A stretch of DNA of 63,673 nucleotides, the filler included, from Octopus bimaculoides (Eukaryota): assembly GCF_001194135.2 (NCBI RefSeq). It is 5 parts of 3 records of this genome, joined end to end, with 100 filler letters (N's around TTAATTAATTAA, not from the genome) between each part and the next. Parts side by side here need not be neighbours in the genome. Positions count along the whole stretch, not along the records: positions 1 to 15,718 come from NC_068987.1; 4 more parts are not named here. One strand, written 5' to 3'. This document shows, piece by piece, positions 1-11,680 of this stretch (position 1 is its first letter; every line of letters begins with the position of its first letter). The position numbers and the translations under genes were made by a program. The notes beneath the pieces are model-generated. The model was given only the letters and a program-made list of their open reading frames with translations, was not told where the DNA came from and did not search any database.

Positions 1-190
1 AGTCTTGAGTGGTCGATCCTAACCCTAACTCTATCCCTAACCCTAACCCTGTCCCTAACCCTAACCCTATCCCTAACCCGCGTGTGCAAATGAATACGTG
101 TTTAGGGTTAGGGTTAGAGTTAGGATCGACCACTCACGACTAGCTAGCGCGGACGCGCGACTGCGCGTTCGGGTCCGCGCTGCTTTAGTA
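1..190. mobile_element. Inverted-repeat element with telomere-like (CCCTAA/TTAGGG) repeats and a 3' GC-rich hairpin; possible non-autonomous Helentron/HINE-like element or MITE
   Basis: 1-40 pairs with 102-141 (4 mismatches; outer 23 bp 22/23). Degenerate CCCTAA repeats at 18-79 and TTAGGG at 102-125. Perfect 9-bp stem AGCGCGGAC(146-154)/GTCCGCGCT(173-181). May be truncated by the window edge. Confidence 0.5.
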
Positions 191-309
191 GTCCCTATAT
201 TATCGAGGAAAAACCTACGAAAGGCAGAGTGCCCCAGCATGGCTGCATGGAACCATATGTAGGGACGTGTATTTCTGCGTACGTGTGTGTGTGTGTGACT
301 GAGTGTGAG

Positions 310-1290
310 TGTATGTAATGTCTAACATGCATCTGCAACAGACGCCAACTCTTTCGTACTTTCTCTCAAAAGGCGACGACGAAAGCATGCATTATAACTT
401 TTACTCTCTCCCTGTTTATTTCTTTGTCGCTCTCTCGTTCTTTCCCTTTCCTCCCCTCGACGACAGACGCTACTGTAGCTACCTTCTCTCCTCCCCTCTA
501 CTCTCCTTCCTACTCTCTCTTTCTCTCTCACTCTTACTTTATCTCTCCACCCCCGCGTCATCGTTTCTATTTACACGCTGTCTTCTCGTCTTTTTCTTTT
601 TCTCTCTGTAACTTCTTTACTCCTCCTCCGTCTTTTTCTCTGTATCTATCTTTATTTCTAACGGACGCCACATTATCTAATCACTCGCTTTTCAAACACA
701 CATCGTCCTTTTTATTTTTTTACACCTCATCTCTCTTACACTCCCTCTCTACCTCTCCCCCTCTGTCCTTCTCTGTTGCCCCCACGTCAGAAGCTTTCTA
801 AATCTAATCATATTCCATTCTCTCTTCCCTCCTCATATTTCAGTTCCCCCATTTTCGATTTTCCTTTCTCCCCACCCTCTAATTTCTATCTTTATTATCT
901 GCTCTTCTCCTACCCCACTGTCTTTCAACTCATCTTCTTCTCTTTCTCCTCCCCGCCTCTCTTTCTCACTCTCTCTGCCACCCTACTCCTCTTCACCCAA
1001 CGCTTTCTTATCCTCTCATTACATTCGTTTTTCTCCTTTCTTTCTCTTCCCCCGTTTTTACTTTGTCTCTATCTAAATTTTTCTCTCCTTCCATACCGTT
1101 TCTAATAATTTTTCTTTCTCTTTTCCTTACCCTCCCCTCCACCGATATTTTCTCACGCTCTCTCTTTTTTTCTCTTACTCTCCTTCTTTCTCTCTTTCTC
1201 TCTTCATTCTTATCACTCTCTAATTCACTATCACGCCTTCTCTGTTTCTTTTTTTACTCAACTATTTTATCATCCTGCTCATGTCCTCCG
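310..1290. repeat. Low-complexity CT-rich polypyrimidine tract
   Basis: Almost purely C/T on the + strand; the S/L/F/P-rich ORFs here are compositional artefacts. Confidence 0.9.
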
Positions 1291-1512
1291 TAATATATAT
1301 CAATGTAACAAAGTCGAATCGCTTGATAGTGTGTTTTCGCCCTGCAGACATCTGACAACTGATCGGATATATTTATATATAAAATACATATATACTTATA
1401 TGCATATAAATACAAACAAATAACTACATTTAAAGACACTCGCTCATCCTTTTGCTACTGCAGGTAACAATAATATTACTATTAATTTTTCTATTCTCAA
1501 TGCCCTCTCTGT

Positions 1513-1559
<47 letters not shown>

Positions 1560-1748
1560 NNNNNNNNNNNNNNNNNNNNNNNNNNNNNNNNNNNNNNNNN
1601 NNNNNNNNNNNNNNNNNNNNNNNNNNNNNNNNNNNNNNNNNNNNNNNNNNNNNNNNNNNNNNNNNNNNNNNNNNNNNNNNNNNNNNNNNNNNNNNNNNNN
1701 NNNNNNNNNNNNNNNNNNNNNNNNNNNNNNNNNNNNNNNNNNNNNNNN

Positions 1749-1804
<56 letters not shown>

Positions 1805-2288
1805 ATATATAGCCATATTTTAATAATAATAATGTAATTGTTAATTTAACTTTCACCGTAACCTAACACATATTCCCCTTAAACCCTTCCATGCCTTTCA
1901 TTTCTCTCCAGAGCCAGCCCCATGGCTTTCCATCTCTAATCGTCTTGTGTGGGGTTTGTAGACAAATGTAAATAGTGTATTCATTTTACAGCCACACGCA
2001 TACGCACACGCACGTGTATATATATGTGTGTATATGTGGGTGTGTAGATATGTGTTTGTGTTTTGTGGACGTGTATGCATGTATATATACATATATATAA
2101 TATAATATAATATATAAATATATATATGTGTGTGTGTGTGTGTATTCATGCACCTATGCATGTATTGATGATTTTTATCGTATCATGATACAGGGAGGGC
2201 TCATGTATTGTTTACATTTATGCATATATTGAGTGTATATACACATATTTCTTTAGAATACTGAGACTCTAATATATACCTGTCTGTG

Positions 2289-2319
<31 letters not shown>

Positions 2320-2450
2320 AAACAACTATTCCGATTTGCAAAACGCATACATTATGTATGAGTTTATGTGTGTGTGTCTGTATGTGTACACACAATTATT
2401 TATGAATACATTTGTGTACACGTGTATAGATATGTATTCTACACACACAT

Positions 2451-2785
2451 CTTTCATCTTTTACCTGTTTCAGTCATTCGATTGTGGCCATGCTGGACCA
2501 TCGCCTTGAATTTTTAGTACTTATTTTTAAAACCTGTACTTATTTTATCAGATTATTTTGCCGAACCGCTAATGTTACAGGGACGTAAACACACCAACAC
2601 CGATTGTCAAGCGATGTTGGGACACACACATATATGACAGGCTTTTTTCAGTTTCCGTCTGTCAAATCCACTCACAACGCTTTGGTCGGCCCGAGGCTAT
2701 AGTTTGCCCAAGGTACCACGCCGTGGGACTGAACTCGGAAACTTGTGGTTAAGAAACAAGCTTCTTACCACTCAGCCACTCCTGT
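2451..2785 (-). mobile_element. tRNA-derived SINE, family A (most abundant family in the window)
   Basis: Reverse complement of the family sequence GGCTGTGTGGTAAGAAGCTTGCTTCCCAACCACATGGTTCCGGGTTCAGTCCCAC...GCCTTGTGAGTGGATTTGGTAGACGGAAACTG...GACTGAAACAAGTAAAAG, which recurs >12 times in the window. Confidence 0.85.
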
Positions 2786-3378
2786 ATGTATCTCTCCCCT
2801 CTCTCTCTGTACACAAATGTATTCATAAATGTGTGTGTATATATGTATCTCTATACATACATACATACATATATATGTATATGTATTATATTCAGACGTG
2901 TTTATTTGTATATGTGTGTATAGGTGTGTGTAGGACGGCTCTTACAAGACCCGTCATGTTTGTTTCCTTCATTTTGAAATCATCAGAGTACGGTCTGCTG
3001 AATTAAAATAAAAGCAATATGAGTAATCATTTAAGTGGCATTAGCTAAAGTAACAAATATTTCCAGTCCATGTTGTTGATTACTTTAACTTATGTTTCAA
3101 TCAGGTTTTAATTGGCATTTATACACATGTATATAAACATCTACATATATATATAACAAATGGAGAACAGGTGTTAATCTATTACAGCAATTTCTAACTA
3201 CTCTTAAATTGATTAACGAGTACATTATATCAATTTCAAAGAAACCGTTTTCTTTAGATGGATACTTTACAATGAAGGATGTTCTAAATAATTTAACATA
3301 GTTTAAAATTTTTTTAAATCTCAGAGCCAACATTTTCTAACATTCTGCTTAAGTACCTTATTCAACTGAATCTTACAT

Positions 3379-3419
<41 letters not shown>

Positions 3420-3571
3420 TGCTTAGGCTTTGGAAGTCTAATAGCTTGGTGTAGATCTCAGTATACATATGCTTCAGAATGAAGTGTTAGTCGAGTACAG
3501 AGCGATGATAAACAAAAAAGATGACAAAGGAATGAATTATTCTCTCATGAATTTAGTTAGCCAGCTAGATA

Positions 3572-4044
3572 GATAGGTACAAGCATAGCTGTTTGGTTAA
3601 GAAATTTACTTCCCAATCGTGTGGTCTTGGGTTCAGTCTCAATGTGTGTCACCTTGAGCAAAGCCTTGTAAGTGGATTTGGTAGGTGGATACTGGAAGAA
3701 GCCTTTCAAATATGTATGTATACATACATATATGCATATGTGTTACCTTGTCTTGACATGTGATGATTGCAAGTGAGCATCACCACCATACAAGAACTGT
3801 TCCTCATTTCTGGTTTTCCATGAAAGACATGTCTGGCCATAGGGTAATATGACCTTGCTTGGAAACAGGTGAGGACTGGCATCAAAAGGGGAATCTGGAT
3901 GTGGAAAAATCTGCCCCAACAAATTCTGCCTGACCCATGCAAGTTGACATTAAATGATGATGCCACTTGCACATTAATTTCTTGAGCAGGCTGTTCCATT
4001 GATCAGATCAACTGGAACCCTTGTTGTAACTGACGGAATGCCAG
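3572..4044 (+). mobile_element. Composite SINE stack: family A head (3572-3703), family C-like body and tail (3742-3960), family D 3' tail (3961-4044)
   Basis: Segments match other copies in the window, e.g. GCTGTTCCATTGATCAGATCAACTGGAACCC matches the 3' end of 5046-5413. Confidence 0.7.
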
Positions 4045-4568
4045 TAATGTATATACAAACGCACATATATTTTGTTGTGTTGTCAATATGGGCATGTCTC
4101 AGATGAGTAAAACATGGCTTTCAGGTTGCAATCAACACAGATTCAAAGCTTTATGGAAAGTTTCAAGCTCCTTTTGAGTCAGCTTGTTTCTTTAGTCTCT
4201 CATATATGACTGAAGCCTTCTTAATCCTCAAGTTGATCTGAGAATCTAGAGATTCATACATGGATACAAAGCTGCTAGGCATACAATCCACTGCATTAAG
4301 TTTGGTTCTACATGCAGCTCACCTGTAATACATATATATATATATATATATATACATGTGTGTGTTTAATATAGCACCTTAGTTCTTCTGCATCTGTATT
4401 TTAAGTTCAAAAGCATTACAGGCATGACAAGAGACCAATTATTCAGATTAAACAGTTTACTTGTGCAAATAACAGATAGATAACTAGATCACTGTCCTGA
4501 AATGCATAAGCATTTACACCTGTAAAGTGCATGGAGTAAAGGTGGAGTGGTTATATATCTCTTCTGAA

Positions 4569-4811
4569 CCCTTTCACTGCCGAAATCAGATATACCAACT
4601 TAAAATTTCATTTTCCTTGACTGCAGAGAGCAGTTTTATATACTTGTCTATCTTTTGTTGAGGAATGTTATGTTTGGAGCTATTTTTAGTTGACATATAT
4701 CAGGTTTGTTGAAGAAACATGACTTGCAGAAAGTACTAATTGTATTCTTTTGGTAGATATTTAGCATCATTACTGGAATAACCATGACATTTAATTTTGC
4801 AGTTAAAGGGG
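4569..4811. mobile_element. piggyBac-like (TTAA-target) MITE
   Basis: TIRs CCCTTTCACTGC.. (4569) and ..GCAGTTAAAGGGG (4799-4811); flanks TGAA (4565-68) and TTAA (4812-15). Removing it restores NGVK in the LINE RT. Confidence 0.7.
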
Positions 4812-5045
4812 TTAACTCCATTTTCGATTTTAACTGGGACTGGTTCCACCAGAACACCATTTGAGCTGATGGAAGCCTTTATTTGTAAGGCAGACAAACC
4901 TATTGACAAACTTTTCCTTTTCTTGGATTCTCTACAGTGCATTTGTAGTCACTGTGTGAAAAACTTTCATTTGGTCAACAGATTCTTGAGAAAGGGAAAG
5001 TCTCTATTCTTGAAGTATATACTTCTCTTGCTACTGTCTGATACT

Positions 5046-5413
5046 GTGGAGGCGCAATGGCCCAGTGGTTAGGGCAGTGGACTCGCGGTTTCGATTCCCA
5101 GACTGGGCATTGTGAGTGTTTATTGAGTGAAAACACCTAAAGCTCCATGAAGCTCTGGCAGGGGATGGTGGCGAACCCTGCTGTACTCTTTCACCACAAC
5201 TTTCTCTCACTCTTACTTCCTGTTTCTGTTGTGTCTGTAATTCAAAGGGTCAGCCTTGTCACACTGTATCACGCTGAATATCCCCGAGAACTACGTTAAG
5301 GGTACACATGTCTGTGGAGTGCTCAGCCATTTGCATGTTAATTTCATGAGTAGGCTGTTCTGTTGATCGGATCAACTGGAACCCTCAACGTCGTAATCTA
5401 CTGAGTGCCAACA
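5046..5413 (+). mobile_element. Near full-length tRNA-derived SINE, family D, with 13-bp TSD
   Basis: A box TGGCCCAGTGGTTAG, B-box-like GGTTTCGATTCC, (AAC) tail; TSD ACTGTCTGATACT at 5033-5045 and 5414-5426. Copies at 29837 and 55946. Confidence 0.92.
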
Positions 5414-5782
5414 ACTGTCTGATACTCAAGATCATACTTATGGTGCCTTTGCCTGGTCTGAAACTACATTGAGACTCTGATGCAAATGATTCAATATTAG
5501 TCTGTTGAATATCTGACCAACAGTATGAAAGTTACCATAGTTTGACTTGATGCCTTTCCTTCTTGTACAAAGAAATCAGTACTGCATCACTCCAATCTTT
5601 TGTAACTGGTGATCAATCTTTTGTAACAAGATCAGCCATTGTATACCTATCATGGTTAATAACTTTAGCTGGTATGCTATCAATTTTCTTTCTGTGTTTT
5701 CTTTAATAGCAGTGTTGATTTCCTCTATGTTAGGATTGTTATCCATTTCTTCAACAACATCTTCTACTGGAATGGGTTTTCT

Positions 5783-6140
5783 TTTATTCTTTTACTTGTT
5801 TCAGTCATTTGACTGTGGCTATGCTGGAGCACCACCTTAGGGGTTTTTAGTCGAACAAATCGATCCCAGGACTTATTCTTTGTAAGCCTAGCACTTATTC
5901 TATTGATGTCTTTGTTGAACTGCTAAGTTGTGGTGCTGTAAACATACCAACATCAGTTGACAAGTGATGGTGTGTGTGTGTGTGTGGGGGGGCAGTTTCC
6001 ATCTATCAATTCCACTCACAAGGCTTTGGTTGGTCCGAGACTATAGCAGAAAACACTTGCCCAAGATGCCATGCAGTGGGACTGAACCTGGAACCATGTG
6101 GTTGGGAAGCAAGCTTCTTACCACACAGCCACACCTGCAC
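5783..6140 (-). mobile_element. SINE family A
   Basis: Full head-to-tail match to family A in reverse orientation. Confidence 0.88.
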
Positions 6141-6725
6141 CTAAAAGTTTTGTGAAATTCCTTTTCCATTTCTTCAGAAATCCCAAATTTTATTTAATTT
6201 GCTTTGCAGGAAGGACTGTTTCAACAAAGTTGCGTATTGTCCTTGCCTTTGAAACGCAGAGTAGTTGAGACAGGGACAACTGACGAAGGAGTATACTCTT
6301 TATGTTGCATGTCTCGTTTCTCTGTTTGTTTTTTCGTTGTTCGCAAAGAAGTTCGCTTTCCATTTGTTTTTATGTTTTCGTTTCTCATTGTGTTCAACGT
6401 TTTTTTGATGTCCTGTACCCATATATGCATGTATATATACATATATATGTAGGTATATACATATATGTATGGATCTATGCATATATTTATATATCATTTA
6501 TATTATTATTAACACTCCTGTCACAGCGTGGAACCTTGAAGACTGCTAAAATGCAAGAAAGTATACTAGTCCCTTAATATTCAATATTTAATATTTCATT
6601 TATTCAATAAGACAATCAATACTTCATTTCATTTTACTGAATATATTATATATTCTATATCCTACATTAATATTATAAGAATATAAATAAAACATAAAAA
6701 AACAGACAGATTTGGAATTCCTTTG

Positions 6726-6768
<43 letters not shown>

Positions 6769-6895
6769 CATACATACACACACACACACCTTGGTTCGCA
6801 TTTATGTGCTTACTCTGATATATATATATATATATATATAAATGTGCACATGCACTTGCACACATACATACATATATGCATACATGTGGCAAACT

Positions 6896-7077
6896 CATTA
6901 GTGTCAGTAGCATGAAAAATGCAGCCAGTACACACTGCAAAGTGGTTGGTGTTAAGAAGGGCATCCACCTGTAGAAACCATGCCAAAGCTGACATTGGAG
7001 CTTGACATAGCCCTATGGCTCACCAGATCCTATCAACCTAGCATGGAAAACGGACATTAAATGATGATAGGGATGAT
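6896..7077 (+). mobile_element. SINE family C fragment
   Basis: GGTTGGTGTTAAGAAGGGCATCCACCTGTAGAAACCATGCC...AGCATGGAAAACGGACATTAAATGATGAT; same motifs at 13585-13882. Confidence 0.75.
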
Positions 7078-7724
7078 ATATATTTCTTAAGTTTGCTAAA
7101 ACTTGCAAAAGCAAGTTCTAGAATCATCAGAGATTTGGATGCAACCATGAAACACATCCGAAACATTAACGATTCTAGAAACAATTTTGCTTCTTTCCCT
7201 ACCAGTCTGTCTGTATCTCTCTCTCTCTCTCTCTCTCCCTCCCCATACACACACATGTACCATCATCATTTTCATGCTCACTTTTCCAATACACTGTCTT
7301 ACCATTTGTGCCTACTTTGTCAGTTTCAGTGCTCTGAGATCAATTTTCACCACTTCTCATATTTTTCTTGGTCTTCCTATCCACAGTGGTCTTACATTTG
7401 AATCTCCTGCTATTTCTTTCTTCACTCATCTGTTATCATTCATATGCATCACACATACATGTACATATGTATCTGTGTGTGTGTGTATCTATATGGGTAA
7501 GTATTTATGTGTATATATGTTTATATATATATATTCACACACATATATATACACATGCATATATGGATATACACATACATACATGCATCCACCCACTGAC
7601 ATATACACATATGTAATATAATGTAGTATATATGTATAGGCAGGGTCATCAATTATGAAATCATTATACAGTTTTTAATTTTGTTTTCATAACTTGGTCC
7701 TTAGACAAGGCACAAGTATGAGCT

Positions 7725-8040
7725 GTGCACTTTTGTTTGTTTGAGTTCAGTCCCACAGTGTGGAACCTTGGGCAAGTGTCCTCTAGTAATAGCCACAGGC
7801 TGGCCAAAGCATTGTGTGTAAATTTGGTTAACAAAGACTGGTGTGTGTGTGTGAGTGTGTCCCTTTATCTTGATATGGTGTGATAGTTGTAAATGTGTGT
7901 CATTGTCATATAAGCTGTGTTTTCCATTTTCAGTATTCTGTGAGAACATGTCTAGCTATGGGAGAGATATTACCTTGCTTGGAAACAGGTGAGGGTTGGC
8001 ACTAGGAAGTGTATCTGGCTGTAGAAACTATGGTGAAGAT
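7725..8040 (+). mobile_element. SINE fragments (family A head plus C-like body)
   Basis: Matches the 3572-3960 arrangement (ATTACCTTGCTTGGAAACAGGTGAGGGTTGGC). Confidence 0.7.
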
Positions 8041-8058
8041 GGTGATGTGATAATATTA

Positions 8059-8226
8059 AAGGTGCAGGCGTAGCTGTGTGGTAAGAAGCTTGCTTCCCAA
8101 TCACATGGTTCCAGGTTCAGTCCCACTCCATGACGCTTTGGGCAAGTGTTTTTTTACTACAGTCTCAGGCTGACAAAGTCAGTGGATTTGGTAGATAGAA
8201 ACTGAAAGAAGCCTGCTATATATTTG

Positions 8227-8261
<35 letters not shown>

Positions 8262-8472
8262 CTTTGTCTTCCACCACTGCTTGATAACAAGTGTTGGTGT
8301 GTTTATATGCTTGTAACATAGCAGTTTGGCAAAAGAGATCGATACAATAAGTACCAGGCTTAAGAAAAAAACAAAAAAGTACTGGGATCTATACATTCAA
8401 CTAAAAGTTCTTCAAGGCGGTGCCCCAGCATGGCCCCGGTCAAATGAATGAAACAAGTAAAAGTTAAAAGAT
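8059..8472 (+). mobile_element. SINE family A, full length
   Basis: GGTGCAGGCGTAGCTGTGTGGTAAGAAGC head, internal (GT)n, GAAACAAGTAAAAG tail. Confidence 0.88.
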
Positions 8473-9488
8473 AACATTCAGAGGAGTTTTGCAACATTAT
8501 TGTCCTCAGTTGAAATGTATTATAATTACTTATTGATCATTAAAAAAATTCACCCTGTTTCAATTTGCAATCTACAGCCAGCCACCTTAAGGATTGAGAC
8601 ACAGGAAGCAGCTGCCCGGGGCTTCACTCGTCTGGGGGAATCACACTGCTAATTTAGGTATATTGTGGTTGTGTTTATAGTGGCTCTATTGCACTGCTTT
8701 GTCCAGAGACCTTTCATGCTGTTAAGACAGCCCAACTACGATTAGGATACAACTGCAAATTAGTTGCAAAATGTATTTCCAGAACTTAAAAATCACAACA
8801 CAATTTGCTTATGCTACAGTGGCAACAGTATACTCACAGTTTATGATTTCAATAATAAATCTCAGTCTAGTATTGTAATAAATTTTTTCACTTCCCCCTT
8901 TTGCAGATTACCAGATATAGAACTAAAGGGATATTTTTCAGTTTAAGCTCTGAAGCAGGAAATTTTTCAAAATGGAAAATAAGTTGATTGATTCCTTTGT
9001 GTTTGCAAAAATATGAATTATTTAAAAAGTTATGAGGAAACAAAGATTTGGGGGGTTAGGATTAAAGTTTGGATCACATTGAGGAAATTTAGTTTTGTTT
9101 TAAAATCATTTTGTTTCAAATGGGGGTTTGCTTGGTATTTCCTAAGTTGAATGTGTCAAGCATTGTCTATTTTTCTAAATACCAGGACTTTAAAAAAATG
9201 TTCCAACCATACAGTTTTAACTGTACAGTTTAGTGCCTTCCCCCTCTTCTTTGGAATTTTTTTCCTCATAACATACATTAAAAAAAATGTCATATTCTTT
9301 TTTTTTCTTGCATGCACTAAGTAATTAACCAAATTATTTTGGCATTTTGAAGTTTTACCTAAACTGCAGGCCATCTAACAAAAGTTACTCAAATTTAAAA
9401 TTGCACAAAACTTTTTTTAAATGGACCTGTCTGTATATGCATGTGTGTAAACACAATTTGTGCATATACGGGTGTAAATATATGTATG

Positions 9489-9523
<35 letters not shown>

Positions 9524-9663
9524 ATGTGTGTGTGTGTGTCTATATGTGTGTGTGTATATATATATATATATATGTTTGTGTGTGTGTGTATATATATATN
9601 NNNNNNNNNNNNNNNNNNNNNNNNNNNNNNNNNNNNNNNNNNNNNNNNNNNNNNNNNNNNNNN

Positions 9664-9698
<35 letters not shown>

Positions 9699-10367
9699 CC
9701 TCCACTCTTATTTCTTTTCTTCCAAGAACATTATTCGTGATCAAAGGGTTGACAGAAACGAGTGGAAAAATGAAGCCCAAAAGTCTTGAAACAAAACAAA
9801 ACAAACATGCATTTACGCTCATTGTCCATTATTAATTCGTGTATTCGAATGTGTATTGATCCATGTCTGCACGGTCCAATTCAACCAGAACACCTTTACG
9901 GCTGTCAAGGTAAGACATCAGATGAAACCGCATAAAGAAAGAGAGAGAGAGTGTGTGTGTGTTTATTGTTTGACCCCCAGGTCAACCGCGAGTGAGCTTA
10001 CCCATAATTGAAGGTACTTTAACCTGACCATCCCGTATTTTTCAGGTATGGTGTATCTAATATTGCATTATATAGGACGTCCTTTGAATTAAAGGAGATT
10101 CGGTGACTGGCGCGAAAGTGAGATAGATGTGATGTGTTTTTTATGTTATGATTTGAATAGTGCGCGCGCCCATGTGTGTGAAACCATGTGTGTGTGTGTG
10201 TGTAGAACCGTGTGTATATATATATATATATGTGTAAAAAAAACAACACAAAACATGGTTCAGAATCTAGATGGAGTGAGTATAATGTAGTAACTACGTG
10301 TTGACAAAAAGAAGATTAGTGTTGTTTGTAAAACTATGTGTGGTTGTTCTTTTATTATAGTGGATAG

Positions 10368-10400
<33 letters not shown>

Positions 10401-11104
10401 GCTTATGTGACAGAAACGGAAATTGTATGTTATGTGCAACATCACGTGTAGTTAACAGTCATGCGTGCGTAGATATGTATAGGAATTTAACACGATTATT
10501 GTGCGTGTATTGTGTGTATTTGTGTAGCCTGGAGGTAATGATAGAGCAGACATTGGTGTATGTTGTATATGAGAATCAAAACAGAGTGAAAGCTACATAT
10601 ACAATAATAAAGCGACGCTGATTTATAACGTGCCAGCCACTTTCACATTGTCAAATTTTAGATGGTATCAGTTTCGTAATTGCAGAAAATAAGCGAATGA
10701 TCGGTGTATTTGAAGAACTTTTCAATTGTTACTTAAAGGAGTTATGAGTGGAGCTAGTGCCGTAACAGACATGCACGTGGTTGTACGATGAGTATTTGGT
10801 ATTACTTAAAGTGCTATTTACGAACAATATGTTCTGTGATTGTTTATTTATTTCATAGATTTGCTGTTCCGTTTATATATAATTACTTCAATTTTGCTGA
10901 TAATTATTATGGTCAAAGGTTGGTAAAGTAACTATCTTTTATTTGTTTAAAACTATTATTGACATAACACTGTTTATTTTGCTTACACAGCAACAATTTA
11001 TGTTTGGAGGTCTACAGTTTTGAAATATATACTCTGTAGAATGTCTTTAAATACCAAGCATTTCTGAGTACCCTTTTAAGCAAGCCATTGTCATTTTTGA
11101 AATA

Positions 11105-11240
11105 ATCCTTTCTGGTATAGGTACAAGGTAATGGTACTTGATTTATGAACTCTAACAGAATGAAAGGCAAAGTCGACCTCGGTGGAATTTGAACTCAGAA
11201 CGTAAAACCAAAAGAATTTTCTCCAGCATGCTAACAATTC
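11105..11240 (-). mobile_element. SINE family B fragment
   Basis: GAATGAAAGGCAAAGTCGACCTCGGTGGAATTTGAACTCAGAACGTAA, the reverse complement of copies at 21700, 27045 and 49855. Confidence 0.8.
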
Positions 11241-11302
11241 TATCAATTTCTACTTAAACGAAGCTTTTCATTTTTAGAATATTATAGCAGTTTCTCTTGC
11301 TT

Positions 11303-11427
11303 ACCAACCACATGGTTCCAGGTTCAGTTCCACTGCGTGGCACCTTGGGCAAGTGTCTTCTACTGTAGGCTCGGGCCGACCAAAGCCTTGTGAGTGGATT
11401 TGGTAGACGAAAACTGAAAGAAGCCCG

Positions 11428-11470
<43 letters not shown>

Positions 11471-11680
11471 TGTGTGTGTTTACCCCCCACCCCCAAACGT
11501 AGCTTGACAATCGATGGTAGTGTGTTTACGTCCCCGTAACTCAGCGGTTCGGCAAAAGAGACTGATAGAATAAGTAGTAGGCTTAGAAAGAATAAGTCCT
11601 GGGATCAATGTGCTCGACTAAAGGCGGCGCTCCAGTATGGCCACAGTCAAATGGCTGAAACAAGTAAAAGAATAAAAGAA
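11303..11680 (+). mobile_element. SINE family A, 5'-truncated
   Basis: High similarity to other family A copies; internal (TA)n. Confidence 0.88.

Larger units (their letters stand above)
4085..5780 (-). pseudogene. Degenerate RTE-clade LINE reverse transcriptase fossil, interrupted by a SINE and a MITE
   Basis: Minus-strand translation gives colinear RT motifs: PNIEEINTAIK, DSIPAKVI, WSDAVLISLYKK, SESQCSFRPGKGTISMILSIRQ*QEK, VDQMKVFHTV, SNGVLVEPVPV..NGVK, AFQDSDL..KLFNL, SLDSQINLRIKKAS, MFYSSET. Many stops and frameshifts. Confidence 0.85.

Noticed and set aside
2950-2990. Minus-strand CTGATGA, 5-bp stem, GAAAC
   Set aside because: No compatible stem III/NUH and no stem I partner nearby, so not a complete hammerhead.
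5046-5110. tRNA-like A/B boxes in SINE heads
   Set aside because: No complete cloverleaf; these are SINE promoters, not tRNA genes.
6200-6420. CTGACGA followed by an AGGAG-TATA-CTCTT hairpin, with GAAAC upstream
   Set aside because: No GAAA after the stem, and the type II arrangement fails at the 1.1-2.1 pair. Probably an interspersed repeat fragment.
8580-8665. Exon-like segment (CTACAG| ... AG|GTATAT), PATLRIETQEAAARGFTRLGESHC
   Set aside because: Stops in all three + frames before the donor and no recognisable homology. It could be non-coding or terminal, but is unsupported.
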